DNA of 38,427 nucleotides, from contig JBARCH010000209.1 in NCBI GenBank assembly GCA_049793875.1, positions 1 through 38,427 on the forward strand. Reading direction: 5' to 3'. Source of the DNA: Pseudolabrys sp. GTDB taxonomy: Bacteria > Pseudomonadota > Alphaproteobacteria > Rhizobiales > Xanthobacteraceae. Each line of letters begins with the position of its first letter. Position 1 is the stretch's first letter. Shown here piece after piece: positions 1 through 8,985 of the stretch. A program made the position numbers and the translations under genes. The notes beneath the pieces are model-generated. The model worked only from the letters and a program-made list of their open reading frames with translations. It was not told the origin of the DNA and did no database searches.

Positions 1-1
1 C

Positions 2-187
2 GGCATCGACTCGGTCATGTGCCCCATCGAACGGCGCAGGGAAGCGTGGATAAGGCTGGAAAAGGACTTGGACCGCCAAAAGCTTGCCGCGATTACCACC
101 GAAATTGACCTTTCGAGCGTGTTCGAGGCTGCGCCGCGCATCCTGGCCGGGAGTGTCAGGGGCCGAATTGTGGTCAAGATCGGGTAA
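2..187 (+). CDS. acuI: 3' end of acryloyl-CoA reductase / YhdH-family MDR oxidoreductase (partial, 5' end outside window)
   Basis: Manual translation of frame 2 gives GIDSVMCPIERRREAW...ILAGSVRGRIVVKIG*, the typical YhdH/AcuI C-terminus; TAA at 185-187. Confidence 0.8.
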   Translation, partial: GIDSVMCPIERRREAWIRLEKDLDRQKLAAITTEIDLSSVFEAAPRILAGSVRGRIVVKIG

Positions 188-284
188 ACATGTTCAGGAT
201 TTGGCGACGAAAGGCGGGCATACTCCGCTAAATTGGAATGCGGCCCAGTGGCCGTGTGTCGGTTGTGTCAGTCGGAGTTCGGCG

Positions 285-761
285 ATGTTGCGTGGGGTGA
301 TGGTATCGATCGGCCTCTTGGCCGCGGTTCCGGCGATGGCCGGGGAGATGACCGCGGACGAAGCGCGCCATTTCGTCATCGGCAAGATGTTCGACTACAC
401 CTGTTTCGAAGGCACGCGCGGCGTCGGCCGCGTCTATCCCGACGGCTCGGTGGTCGGCTCCATCCAGTTCCAGGGCAGCGGCAAGACGCATTACGCGATG
501 CTGCCGGCGAATACCCTGAAGGTGAAAGGCCAGGCCGTCTGCGCTTCGCTGCGCGGGCTGCCGATCGAACCGTGTTTCCATCTGACGCGCACCGACAACA
601 ATGGTTTCCGCGGCGCGATCTCAGGGCTGGGCTTTGCCTATTGCGACTTCACCCGTCATCACGGGCGTGTGGCGCTCTCGCATGGACCGCATCGCACCGA
701 GCACAGCGAGCACACCGCGCCGGTGTCGTTGCGGCCGTCGCTCACCGCAGACAACAACTAG
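285..761 (+). CDS. Hypothetical exported protein
   Basis: ATG 285 with GGAG RBS at 274-277; signal peptide MLRGVMVSIGLLAAVPAMA; four Cys; His-rich tail. Confidence 0.75.
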   Translation: MLRGVMVSIGLLAAVPAMAGEMTADEARHFVIGKMFDYTCFEGTRGVGRVYPDGSVVGSIQFQGSGKTHYAMLPANTLKVKGQAVCASLRGLPIEPCFHLTRTDNNGFRGAISGLGFAYCDFTRHHGRVALSHGPHRTEHSEHTAPVSLRPSLTADNN

Positions 762-781
762 CGGTCTTTCTTCCGAACGAT

Positions 782-1288
782 CTAGTCGAGATCGAGCCGG
801 AACGGTTCGCCTTCGGTCGCGGCAATACCCGGACCGATCGCCTCGATCGCACGCACCATGCGGCCGTCGCGGTGCAGCAGCCGGTCGGCGAGCGAAACGA
901 TGCGCGTGTTCGGCATCGCGATGTGCGAGGCGCGGCGCAAATCCCGGGCGATTTGTATTTCGTCGCGTGTCGGATTGAGGGCGCAGGCCGCGACGTAAGC
1001 GCTGGCGGACGAACGGCTGATACCGGCGAAACAATGCACCACCAGCGGTGCGGAACGATCCCAGCCGGTGACGAAATCAATCAGGCGCACGACATGCTCG
1101 TCCGCCGGTGCGGTGTAGCCATCGAGCGGCATCGCGATATCATCCATATTCAGGACAAGATGGTTCTGGCGCGCGATGCGATTTTCGAGCTGCGCCTGTT
1201 CGGGGCGGCGCAGGCATGTGATGACATGGCTCGCGCCAGTCCGGTCGACGGTTTCATGAAGGCGCGCAAGCGAGCAGACGTGGATCAT
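782..1288 (-). CDS. Predicted protein-tyrosine phosphatase (COG5350-like)
   Basis: HCFAGISRS = HCX5R P-loop; start MIHVCSL at ATG 1288. Confidence 0.85.
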   Translation of the reverse strand: MIHVCSLARLHETVDRTGASHVITCLRRPEQAQLENRIARQNHLVLNMDDIAMPLDGYTAPADEHVVRLIDFVTGWDRSAPLVVHCFAGISRSSASAYVAACALNPTRDEIQIARDLRRASHIAMPNTRIVSLADRLLHRDGRMVRAIEAIGPGIAATEGEPFRLDLD

Positions 1289-1351
1289 GGGCGATTTCAA
1301 TATGAAGAGGCTTGCGTCATATCTATGACGCGCGGGGCGTATTGGAAAGCT

Positions 1352-1978
1352 TTAATGCCGCGCCAATTTGGCGAAGCGCTCAAGAAATCGTGCTTCCGCA
1401 GTATCGGCAGGCCAGGGCATCAGGTAGTCGCGTTCGAGCGATAGCGAAATCCGCGGCGGACGGCCAAAGAAACGGCGCGCTTCGGCGGTTTCGAAGCCGG
1501 CGAGTCGGGTTGCCTCGAGGAAGGCTGCGCCCTGATCGGCGGTCTTGATCAGCATCGTCAGCGTTTCCGGCAGCTTTGCCGGCAGTCCGAAACGGACGTG
1601 GATGGCCGCGAGCAGCCGCGCTTCGACGGCCTTGTAGTTGTCGCCGATCACAACCTTGAACGGCGAGATCATGTCGCCGACCACGTATTCCGGGGCATCG
1701 TGCAGCAACGCCGCGAGGCGGCCCGGCGCGTCGAGCCGCGGCACCTTGATGCGCGCCAATGCCTCGACCAGCAGGGAATGTTGCGCGACAGAAAAGATGT
1801 GCGGGCCTTCGGTCTGTCCGTTCCAGCGCGCGACGCGCGCAAGGCCATGCGCGATGTCTTCCATCTCGACGTCGAGTGGGGAGGGATCGAGCAGATCGAG
1901 CCGCCGCCCCGACAACATGCGTTGCCAGGCGCGCGGCGCGCTCTTTGCAAGCTTCGCCGGCACGCGCGCCTTGCTCAT
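1352..1978 (-). CDS. HD-domain hydrolase, YfbR-like 5'-deoxynucleotidase family
   Basis: WQRMLSGRRLDLLDP, FSVAQHS and LLHDAPEY motifs; ATG overlaps the tag stop (ATGA). Confidence 0.85.
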   Translation of the reverse strand: MSKARVPAKLAKSAPRAWQRMLSGRRLDLLDPSPLDVEMEDIAHGLARVARWNGQTEGPHIFSVAQHSLLVEALARIKVPRLDAPGRLAALLHDAPEYVVGDMISPFKVVIGDNYKAVEARLLAAIHVRFGLPAKLPETLTMLIKTADQGAAFLEATRLAGFETAEARRFFGRPPRISLSLERDYLMPWPADTAEARFLERFAKLARH

Positions 1979-2580
1979 TTGCGTGCGAGCTTCATGCAGG
2001 CGGCGTGGCGATGGCATTTGACCAGATGGTCGTTGACCATGCCGACTGCCTGCATGAAGGCATAAACGATCGTCGGGCCGACGAACTTGAAGCCGCGGCT
2101 TGCAAGTTCTTTCGAGATTTTCTTCGATAACTCGGTTTCCGCCGGCACTTCCTTCGTAGTGCGGAAGCGATTCACTTTTGGCTTGCCGTCGAGATAGTCC
2201 CACAGGAAATTCGAGAAGCCGGGGCCCTTTTCCATGATCTCGAGCCAGCCGCGCGCGGACAGCACCGCGCCTTCGATCTTGGAGCGGTTGCGCACGATGC
2301 CGGCATCGTTCATCAGTGATTCAATCTTGCGTTTGGGATAGCGCGCGATTTTTTCCGGCTCGAATCCGTTGAAGGCGCGGCGGAAGTTATCGCGCTTGCG
2401 CAAAATCGTGATCCACGACAGGCCGGCCTGGAATCCGTCGAGGACGAGTTTCTCGTAGAGCGCGCGGTCGTCGTATTCCGGCACGCCCCATTCCTCGTCG
2501 TGATAGGCGACGTAAAACGGATCCTCTTTCGGCCACGGGCAGCGATGCAGCTTGTCGGGATGCAGGATGGCGTTGCTCAT
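1975..2580 (-). CDS. tag: DNA-3-methyladenine glycosylase I
   Basis: RCPW, YHDEEWG, QAGLSWITIL, GFKFVGPTIVYAFMQAVGMVNDH..C. Confidence 0.95.
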   Translation of the reverse strand: MSNAILHPDKLHRCPWPKEDPFYVAYHDEEWGVPEYDDRALYEKLVLDGFQAGLSWITILRKRDNFRRAFNGFEPEKIARYPKRKIESLMNDAGIVRNRSKIEGAVLSARGWLEIMEKGPGFSNFLWDYLDGKPKVNRFRTTKEVPAETELSKKISKELASRGFKFVGPTIVYAFMQAVGMVNDHLVKCHRHAACMKLARK

Positions 2581-3467
2581 TCGGCGGCTTTCTTTTCGCC
2601 GGGCCACGTGAAACGCGCCCAGGCCGGCTTTGCCGGATGGATCGTGATGCCGCCGGCGACGAGCGGCGTGTTGGCGGCGAACGCATCTTCGATGCGGTCC
2701 AGCCGCAGCAACGCAAGCCCGCGACTGCCGGCGGTGGAACCGAGCATGCCAATCTGCTTTTCTCCCATCATCACCGGCAAGCCGGACATCGGAGTGTTGT
2801 CCTCAAACGTCACCGGCACCACGCGGCTGCGTGCAGTGGCGCGATGCTCGACGCGCGATACAACTTCCTGCCCCACGTAACAGCCTTTTTCGAAATCGAT
2901 GCCGGCGAGTTGATCCATGTCGGCTTCGTGCGGAAAAGTGTCACCGTAGTTGAAGTCGACGCCACCGCGCGGCACGCCGAGCGCAATCCGGTGTGCTTCG
3001 TAGTTGTCGGCGCTGACCAGCGCGGCGCCGAGATCGCCGGCCGCTTCCTGCGCAAGATGCGGCGGCAACATCACGCGCATGCCAAGGGTAGCAAGCCTGG
3101 GGTCGGCATAGCTCAACCCGTCCTCGCTGGAAGCACCGCCGCCCCAAACGGCCATCACGCCGAGAGCACCCGAAAGGTCTTCGACCAGCACCTTGGCGCG
3201 CAGTCTGTAAAAGCTGAGTTTTTCCACAAGCGCGGGAGCGAGCGCGCGCGGGCAATCGAGGAAGAAACCGCCGCCGTCGGCGGCCTCAGCCTCGGCCACG
3301 ATGAAATCGACGATGATCTTGCCCTGCGGCGTCAGCAGCGCGGCAAATCGTGGCGAGTCGGGCTTCACTTTCCCGACGTCATTAGTCGCGAGGCCATTGA
3401 GAAAACGGCGGGCGTCGTCGCCGAAGACCTTCACAACGCCGCGGTCGGGGAGGAGCGCTGCCTGCAT
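2577..3467 (-). CDS. ygfZ: Folate-binding protein YgfZ (Fe-S/tRNA-modification associated)
   Basis: KGCYVGQE signature; LLTPQGK; ATG 3467. Confidence 0.93.
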   Translation of the reverse strand: MQAALLPDRGVVKVFGDDARRFLNGLATNDVGKVKPDSPRFAALLTPQGKIIVDFIVAEAEAADGGGFFLDCPRALAPALVEKLSFYRLRAKVLVEDLSGALGVMAVWGGGASSEDGLSYADPRLATLGMRVMLPPHLAQEAAGDLGAALVSADNYEAHRIALGVPRGGVDFNYGDTFPHEADMDQLAGIDFEKGCYVGQEVVSRVEHRATARSRVVPVTFEDNTPMSGLPVMMGEKQIGMLGSTAGSRGLALLRLDRIEDAFAANTPLVAGGITIHPAKPAWARFTWPGEKKAAE

Positions 3468-3476
3468 GTCAATTCG

Positions 3477-3504
3477 CTTGCCAAATCTCTTGCTAAATCT
3501 CTTG
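3477..3504. repeat. 12-bp tandem repeat in the ygfZ/dihydroorotase divergent intergenic region
   Basis: CTTGCCAAATCT, CTTGCTAAATCT, then CTTG. Confidence 0.7.
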
Positions 3505-3594
3505 GGGTAGGTCTCTTGCCAGAACTTGCGGTGAAACGTAAGCGCTGTTGCGCTAGGCTCAAGTCTCAAGGCTTAATTGAGAACAGTTCGAAAC

Positions 3595-4929
3595 ATGGCC
3601 GAAACCTACGACCTGATCCTCAAGGGCGGCACGGTCGTCAACCAAGACGGCGAGGGCCAGCGCGATCTTGGGGTGCGCGATGGCCGTTTTGCGGCTATCG
3701 GCGACCTTTCCCGCGCCTCCGCCGGCGAGACGGTCGACTGCCGAGGCCTGCATCTGTTGCCCGGCGTCATCGACAGTCACGTCCATTTTCGTGAGCCGGG
3801 CCTGACCCACAAGGAAGATCTTGAAACCGGCTCGCTTGGCGCGGTGATGGGTGGCGTCACCGCGGTGTTCGAAATGCCGAACACCGATCCTACGACGACC
3901 GGCGCCGAAGCGCTCGCCGACAAGGTCAGGCGCGCGCACCACCGCATGCATTGCGATTTCGCGTTTTATGTCGGCGCCACGCGCGAGAATACGCGCGACC
4001 TTGGCGAACTCGAGCGGCTCCCAGGCGCAGCGGCGGTCAAGGTGTTCATGGGATCGTCCACCGGCTCGCTGCTGATCGAGGATGACGACAGCGTGCGCGC
4101 GGTCCTCAGGGCGATCGGCCGGCGCGCCGCCTTCCATTCCGAGGACGAATATCGCTTGCGCGAGCGCATGAATTTACGCGTCGAGAACGATCCGCGCTCG
4201 CATCCGGTGTGGCGTGACGCGACGGCAGCGCTCATGTGCACGCAACGCCTGATCAAGCTGGCGCACGAGACCGGCAAGCGCGTGCATGTGCTGCATGTCA
4301 CGACAAAGGAAGAGTCCGTCTTTCTCGCCGATCACAAGGATGTCGCGACGGCCGAGGCGACGCCCGCGCATCTCACGCTGGCGGCGCCAGAGTGTTATGA
4401 GCGACTCGGTACGCTCGCGCAGCTCAATCCGCCGATCCGCGATGCCGCGCATCGTGAAGGCCTCTGGCGCGGCCTCGCACAAGGCGTCATCGACAGCATT
4501 GGTTCCGACCACTCGCCGCACACGCGTGAGGAGAAAGCGCATCCTTATCCGAAGACACATTCCGGCATGACCGGTGTGCAGACGCTGGTGCCGATCATGC
4601 TCGATCACGTCAACGCCGGGCGTCTCACACTCGCGCGTTTTGTCGATCTCACCAGCGCCGGGCCGTCGCATGTGTTCGGCATCGCGCGCAAAGGCCGCAT
4701 CGCCGCCGGCTACGATGCGGACATCACCGTCGTCGATATGAAGCGGCGCGAAACGATCACCGACACGTGGACCGTGTCGCGCGCCGGATGGACGCCGTAC
4801 CACGGCACCGCCGTTACCGGCTGGCCGATAGGCACGGTGATTCGCGGTCGTAAGGTGATGTGGGATGGCGCTCTTAGCGGCGGCGGACAAGGCGAGCGCG
4901 TCAGGTTCCTCGAGACGCTGGCCAGCTAG
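3595..4929 (+). CDS. pyrC: Dihydroorotase (amidohydrolase superfamily)
   Basis: DSHVHFREPG, EMPNT, AVKVFMG, FHSED, VLHVT, NPPIR, SDHSPH motifs. Confidence 0.88.
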   Translation: MAETYDLILKGGTVVNQDGEGQRDLGVRDGRFAAIGDLSRASAGETVDCRGLHLLPGVIDSHVHFREPGLTHKEDLETGSLGAVMGGVTAVFEMPNTDPTTTGAEALADKVRRAHHRMHCDFAFYVGATRENTRDLGELERLPGAAAVKVFMGSSTGSLLIEDDDSVRAVLRAIGRRAAFHSEDEYRLRERMNLRVENDPRSHPVWRDATAALMCTQRLIKLAHETGKRVHVLHVTTKEESVFLADHKDVATAEATPAHLTLAAPECYERLGTLAQLNPPIRDAAHREGLWRGLAQGVIDSIGSDHSPHTREEKAHPYPKTHSGMTGVQTLVPIMLDHVNAGRLTLARFVDLTSAGPSHVFGIARKGRIAAGYDADITVVDMKRRETITDTWTVSRAGWTPYHGTAVTGWPIGTVIRGRKVMWDGALSGGGQGERVRFLETLAS

Positions 4930-5114
4930 GATAGCTTTGCTCGCTGGCGGTAATCCTTGGATGTTTCAAGGTATCTTTATGCCGTAGTTATATTTCTTCC
5001 CCAACATTGCTTTCCAAATTCAAGCTGTGGAATTGAAAACGCCGCAAGACCCTCTATCACCATTGCCCAAGCGTCGTCCGCGTGTGCGGATTGAAGGAGC
5101 GCGGGGCGGGGATC

Positions 5115-5861
5115 TTGAACGCCGATCTTTTATCGTTGCGAATGCTTGTTGTTGCGGTCGGTCAACCGGCGCGCGACCTTTGGCGTCAGGGTGCTGCGCT
5201 GACATCGGTGCCGATCGATTTCATCGGCGCCACTCCGGCATCGGCTGCCGCCGAATTGGCGAAGGGCGGCGTCGATATCGTCGTCGTCGATTTCTCTTTG
5301 CCGGATGTCAGCAAGTCGGCCATCGCCAGCACCGCGCGTTCTCTGGACCCGGCACCGTTCATTGTGATGTCCGCGCCCGCCGGCAGCCGTCGTCTTGAAG
5401 GCGCCGACAGCATAGTCGTCAGTCCCGCGGACGCCGACGCCGCGCGCAACATTACCGAATGCTGCATCCGCGCGAGATTGCCGGCGCGGGTCATGATCGT
5501 CGACGATTCCAGCACCATGCGCAGCATCGTGCGCAAGATATTGATGGCAAGCCAATTTGCGATGGAAATCGTCGAGGTCGCTGAGGGACAAGCCGCGCTC
5601 GAGCAGTTGCGCAGCGGGATCTTCGATATGGTTTTTCTCGACTACAGCATGCCGGGACTCGGCGGCATCGAGATCCTGATGAAGATCAAGCAGATCAACA
5701 GCAGAGTGGGTGTGGTGCTCATGACATCGACGGACGACGAGGTCATGAGCGGTGTTGCGCGTGGGGCCGGTGCGCTGGCGTTACTGAAAAAGCCGTTTTA
5801 TCCCGCCGATATCGACACCGTGCTGCAGCGCCACTACGGCCTGCAATTGCAGACAAACTGA
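5115..5861 (+). CDS. Response regulator with two receiver-like domains and no output domain (start uncertain: GTG 5082, TTG 5115 or ATG 5142)
   Basis: C-terminal REC intact (IVDDS, FLDYSMP, MTS, KKPF); N-terminal REC-like segment (DIVVVDFSLP, FIVMSA). Confidence 0.8.
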   Translation: MNADLLSLRMLVVAVGQPARDLWRQGAALTSVPIDFIGATPASAAAELAKGGVDIVVVDFSLPDVSKSAIASTARSLDPAPFIVMSAPAGSRRLEGADSIVVSPADADAARNITECCIRARLPARVMIVDDSSTMRSIVRKILMASQFAMEIVEVAEGQAALEQLRSGIFDMVFLDYSMPGLGGIEILMKIKQINSRVGVVLMTSTDDEVMSGVARGAGALALLKKPFYPADIDTVLQRHYGLQLQTN

Positions 5862-5885
5862 TTTTCGTGCGGCCGGAATGCGGCG

Positions 5886-6152
5886 TTACTGGCGATTCTG
5901 GTCGAGTGAGAATTCGCCGTTGCGGATGCGGGTACCGAGGCGTTCCGCGAATTCCGCGGCCGCTTCCTCGCCATACGTGGTGACGAATTCCGCGAAGGCG
6001 GCAAACAGGCAAGCCTGCGCCAGACAATCGCCGTCGATTCCATCGAGCCGTGCTTCCGCCCATGCCTCGTGCAGATAGCCGAGCGCAACGCGCTTCTGCT
6101 CGTGGTCCGGTACCGGCTCTCGCGAAGTTATCGTACGCCCCAAAGTTTTCAT
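5886..6152 (-). CDS. Conserved hypothetical protein
   Basis: EQKRVALGYLHEAWAEARLDGID...YGEEAAA...IRNGEFS resembles a recurrent Rhizobiales small protein; start could be 6176. Confidence 0.7.
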   Translation of the reverse strand: MKTLGRTITSREPVPDHEQKRVALGYLHEAWAEARLDGIDGDCLAQACLFAAFAEFVTTYGEEAAAEFAERLGTRIRNGEFSLDQNRQ

Positions 6153-6267
6153 GGCTTTTTCAATCAAGGGCGTCATTTGCAACGCCCACCCCAATGCGAG
6201 GCAGACGTTAGCACGCGTCGCCTTGGCGCGAAGGGGCTACTCGGAGAAAGGTTAATTACGGTGGGGA

Positions 6268-6648
6268 TTAATTGGCGTATCGGGCCGTGATTTCACGCGC
6301 AATCTTGGCGCCTTCATCGAGATAACGGCGAATGGCCACGTCGGCGGATGGCGTGCACGTGCGATAAGTCTGTTGAAAACCACGGTAACCACGATTGAAG
6401 CTGGTCACGATCTTGCGCCGGCGATCGCCGTTCGGTGCTTCGGCGTCGATCAATGCCTGCATTTCATCGCGCCATTTTTGTCCGTCGTTCGATCCGCAGA
6501 CGGCACGCAGATAGTGCAAGGCGCCGAGAATTTCGGCGAGCCGCTGCAAGTCGCCGTCATACGGCGCGGGCCCGCCTTCGACAGCGCTTGCCGGCGCGGC
6601 GCCAAGGCACAGCAGAACGGAAGCGATGGTCAGTATGCGTTTCAGCAT
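6268..6648 (-). CDS. TIGR02301 family exported protein
   Basis: Signal peptide, then RLAEILGALHYLRAVC...WRDEMQALI...FNRGYRGFQQTYRTCT. Confidence 0.85.
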   Translation of the reverse strand: MLKRILTIASVLLCLGAAPASAVEGGPAPYDGDLQRLAEILGALHYLRAVCGSNDGQKWRDEMQALIDAEAPNGDRRRKIVTSFNRGYRGFQQTYRTCTPSADVAIRRYLDEGAKIAREITARYAN

Positions 6649-6697
6649 TGGCGTTGCCGGAAAGCATATGACCCGCGCTCGTGGCAATCGCAAGGCA

Positions 6698-7153
6698 TCA
6701 CCGGGCGGCCTCGGCCATGCGCTCGTAGGCGGCGGCGACAATCTCGGCCAGCCCTTCTGTCGTACGCAGGCCGGCGAGTTCGGCGGGCTCGATCCAGCGT
6801 GTTTCCGCAAGCTCTTCGTTCGGCACCGGCTCGCCCGAAATCCAGCGTGCGGCAAAGCAGAGAATGACGAAATGGCGTTCGACGCGGCCATCGGCGGACC
6901 GCACGATCGCCTCGCGGTGGCCGGCGAGCGCGACCGGCTCCACGGTCAACGCGGTCTCTTCCTGCACCTCGCGGATGACGGCTTCGACCAGCGTCTCGCC
7001 GGCCTCGACCACACCGCCGGGCAGCGTGAAAAGGTTCAGCGCCGGCGTGCGGGCGCGTCTTGCGACCAGCACTTTGCCGTCGCGAATGATCGCCGCGCTG
7101 ACAGCGAGGAACGGACGGTCTGGAAAGGTTCTGGCATCGGCCACGGGCGTCAA
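6698..7153 (-). CDS. NUDIX hydrolase
   Basis: Nudix box GGVVEAGETLVEAVIREVQEET; TTG start overlaps upstream stop (alternative GTG 7144). Confidence 0.92.
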   Translation of the reverse strand: MTPVADARTFPDRPFLAVSAAIIRDGKVLVARRARTPALNLFTLPGGVVEAGETLVEAVIREVQEETALTVEPVALAGHREAIVRSADGRVERHFVILCFAARWISGEPVPNEELAETRWIEPAELAGLRTTEGLAEIVAAAYERMAEAAR

Positions 7154-7683
7154 CGCTTGAACAGCATATCGACGGCAGCCTGCGGCGCGTCGTTTTCGCC
7201 GGAATAGTCTTCGGCTTCGCCGTTGATGACGGCGCCGGCGCGGGCGACCAGCGGCTTGAGGGTTATCGCGGTCCGCGAGGCCAAGGTGGCCGCGGTTTCC
7301 GGCGGCAGCCTGGAGCTCATGGCGGTACGGGCGGTGTCGAGCACGGCGTTCATCGTATCGGCGAGCATGTCGAGACTGCCGCGCACGGACGGGTCGGCGG
7401 CCTCATAGGCCCCGATCGCGACGGCGCGATCCTTGAAGGAGGACGCGGCGAAATGCTCGCGATAGGTCATCGGATGCCAGGCCAGGATGTCGTCGATGCA
7501 GTCGGGAAAACTGGTGAACATCTCCAAGAGCATGATCGCTTCGTTGAAGTGGTTCAGGTAGTCGGTGGAGAGGCCGGTGGCGGGGTTGATATTGCTGCCG
7601 ATGCGGCCCCCGGCACCGTCCGTGCCATTGCCAAAGCCGTCCTCGGCCGCCTGGGCTGGCTCGGCGCTGTCCTGGTATCGCAT
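7150..7683 (-). CDS. Conserved hypothetical protein
   Basis: NINPATGLSTDYLNHFNEAIMLL motif, host-like codon use, coupled to the NUDIX gene. Confidence 0.8.
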   Translation of the reverse strand: MRYQDSAEPAQAAEDGFGNGTDGAGGRIGSNINPATGLSTDYLNHFNEAIMLLEMFTSFPDCIDDILAWHPMTYREHFAASSFKDRAVAIGAYEAADPSVRGSLDMLADTMNAVLDTARTAMSSRLPPETAATLASRTAITLKPLVARAGAVINGEAEDYSGENDAPQAAVDMLFKR

Positions 7684-7731
7684 GGATGCTTTGCCGCGCC
7701 CGAAATCTGCCGGGGAACAGTGTCGATGGTC

Positions 7732-7750
7732 ATGGTTAAGGCGTGATTAA
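7732..7750 (-). promoter_or_regulatory. CtrA binding site (full consensus)
   Basis: Minus strand TTAA-TCACGCC-TTAACCAT matches TTAA-N7-TTAA(C), in a divergent intergenic region. Confidence 0.8.
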
Positions 7751-7774
7751 GCGGGTGGAGGATTGGAGCCGGAC

Positions 7775-8527
7775 ATGTGCGGTCGCTTCATAATCACGTC
7801 GCCGCCGGAGGCTTTCCGGGCGCTTTTCGAGTACGACGAGCAGCCCAATTTCCCGCCGCGGTACAATGTTGCGCCGACCCAGCCGATAGCGATCGTCCGG
7901 GTGGTGGGGGGCAAGCGGCAGTTCGCGCTGGTGCGCTGGGGCCTGCTGCCGTCCTGGGTGAAGGACCCGAAAACCTTCTCGCTGCTGATCAACGCGCGCG
8001 GCGAGTCCGCGGCCGACAAGCCGGCCTTCCGCGCCGCCATGCGCCGCCGCCGCTGCCTCATTCCCGTGGACGGCTTTTACGAATGGCAGAACATCGGCGG
8101 CCGCAAGCGGCCGTTTTTCATCCGCGCCAAATCCGGCAGGCCGTTTGCCTTCGCCGGCCTGTGGGAGACATGGACCGGGCCAAATGGCGAGGAATTGGAA
8201 ACGGCGGCAATCGTCACCACCACGGCCAACCGGGCGCTGGCGCCGATCCACGAGCGTATGCCGGTGATTGTGCCGCCGGACGCGTTCGGCTTGTGGCTCA
8301 ACGCATCGGAGGTCGATGTGCATGCGGCGGCGGCACTGATCGTGCCCGCCCCGGACGAATTCCTCGATGCCTACGAAGTCTCGACGGCGGTCAACCGCGT
8401 CGCCAACGATAGTCCGGCGCTGATCGCACCGGCGCCCGATGCTCCCGAGGCGCAGGCTGAAGCGCCTGCCCCGTCAAAGGCGCAGCGCAAGCTGAAGGTC
8501 GACGAGCGGCAGGCCTCGCTGTTCTGA
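7775..8527 (+). CDS. SOS response-associated peptidase (SRAP; HMCES/YedK abasic-site crosslinking family)
   Basis: N-terminal MCGRF (catalytic Cys2), RYNVAPTQ, INARGES, GFYEW, HERMP. Confidence 0.93.
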   Translation: MCGRFIITSPPEAFRALFEYDEQPNFPPRYNVAPTQPIAIVRVVGGKRQFALVRWGLLPSWVKDPKTFSLLINARGESAADKPAFRAAMRRRRCLIPVDGFYEWQNIGGRKRPFFIRAKSGRPFAFAGLWETWTGPNGEELETAAIVTTTANRALAPIHERMPVIVPPDAFGLWLNASEVDVHAAAALIVPAPDEFLDAYEVSTAVNRVANDSPALIAPAPDAPEAQAEAPAPSKAQRKLKVDERQASLF

Positions 8528-8541
8528 CGGGGCGTCGAAAT

Positions 8542-8985
8542 CTATTCGGTGACGCCGACGCGGTGGTGATAAACGAGCCGCCAGCCTTTCCGGGCGGTGA
8601 ACATCAAAATCAGAAGCACCAGCAGCGACAGGATGAGGCCGGTTGGCAGCACGACGCTCGCGCCGTATTCATAGCGCAAATACCAATTGTAAATTTGCAG
8701 CAGCACGGCGCACACGTTGCCGCCGGCATGCAGCCATACATCCGCCAGGCTGCGAATCTGGGCGTCGCCCGCTACGTCGATAAATCCGAGCACGGCCGCG
8801 AACGCGCCCATGATCAATCCTGTGCCGAGCAGCCATGTCGACATGGACACCCAACCCGATTGGTCGGTGAAGAGAAAAAGCAGATCGCAAATGAATGTGG
8901 CGGCGAAGAATGCGATTGGAAACGGAACGATCATCGGATGGACGGGATGACCGCCGATACTGGCTGTGCTGCGTGGGTTCGCCAT
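8542..8985 (-). CDS. DUF2231 family membrane protein
   Basis: GHPVHPMIVPFPIA, HAGGN, LVYHHRVGV; about four TM segments; GGAG RBS. Confidence 0.85.
   Translation of the reverse strand: MANPRSTASIGGHPVHPMIVPFPIAFFAATFICDLLFLFTDQSGWVSMSTWLLGTGLIMGAFAAVLGFIDVAGDAQIRSLADVWLHAGGNVCAVLLQIYNWYLRYEYGASVVLPTGLILSLLVLLILMFTARKGWRLVYHHRVGVTE

Noticed and set aside
233..1444. 403-aa plus-strand ORF
   Set aside because: Overlaps motif-supported genes in other frames or strands; Arg-rich shadow ORF typical of high-GC DNA
6248..6271. Possible CtrA site (two TTAA)
   Set aside because: Spacing is 12 nt rather than 7, and the second TTAA is the TIGR02301 stop; at best a half-site
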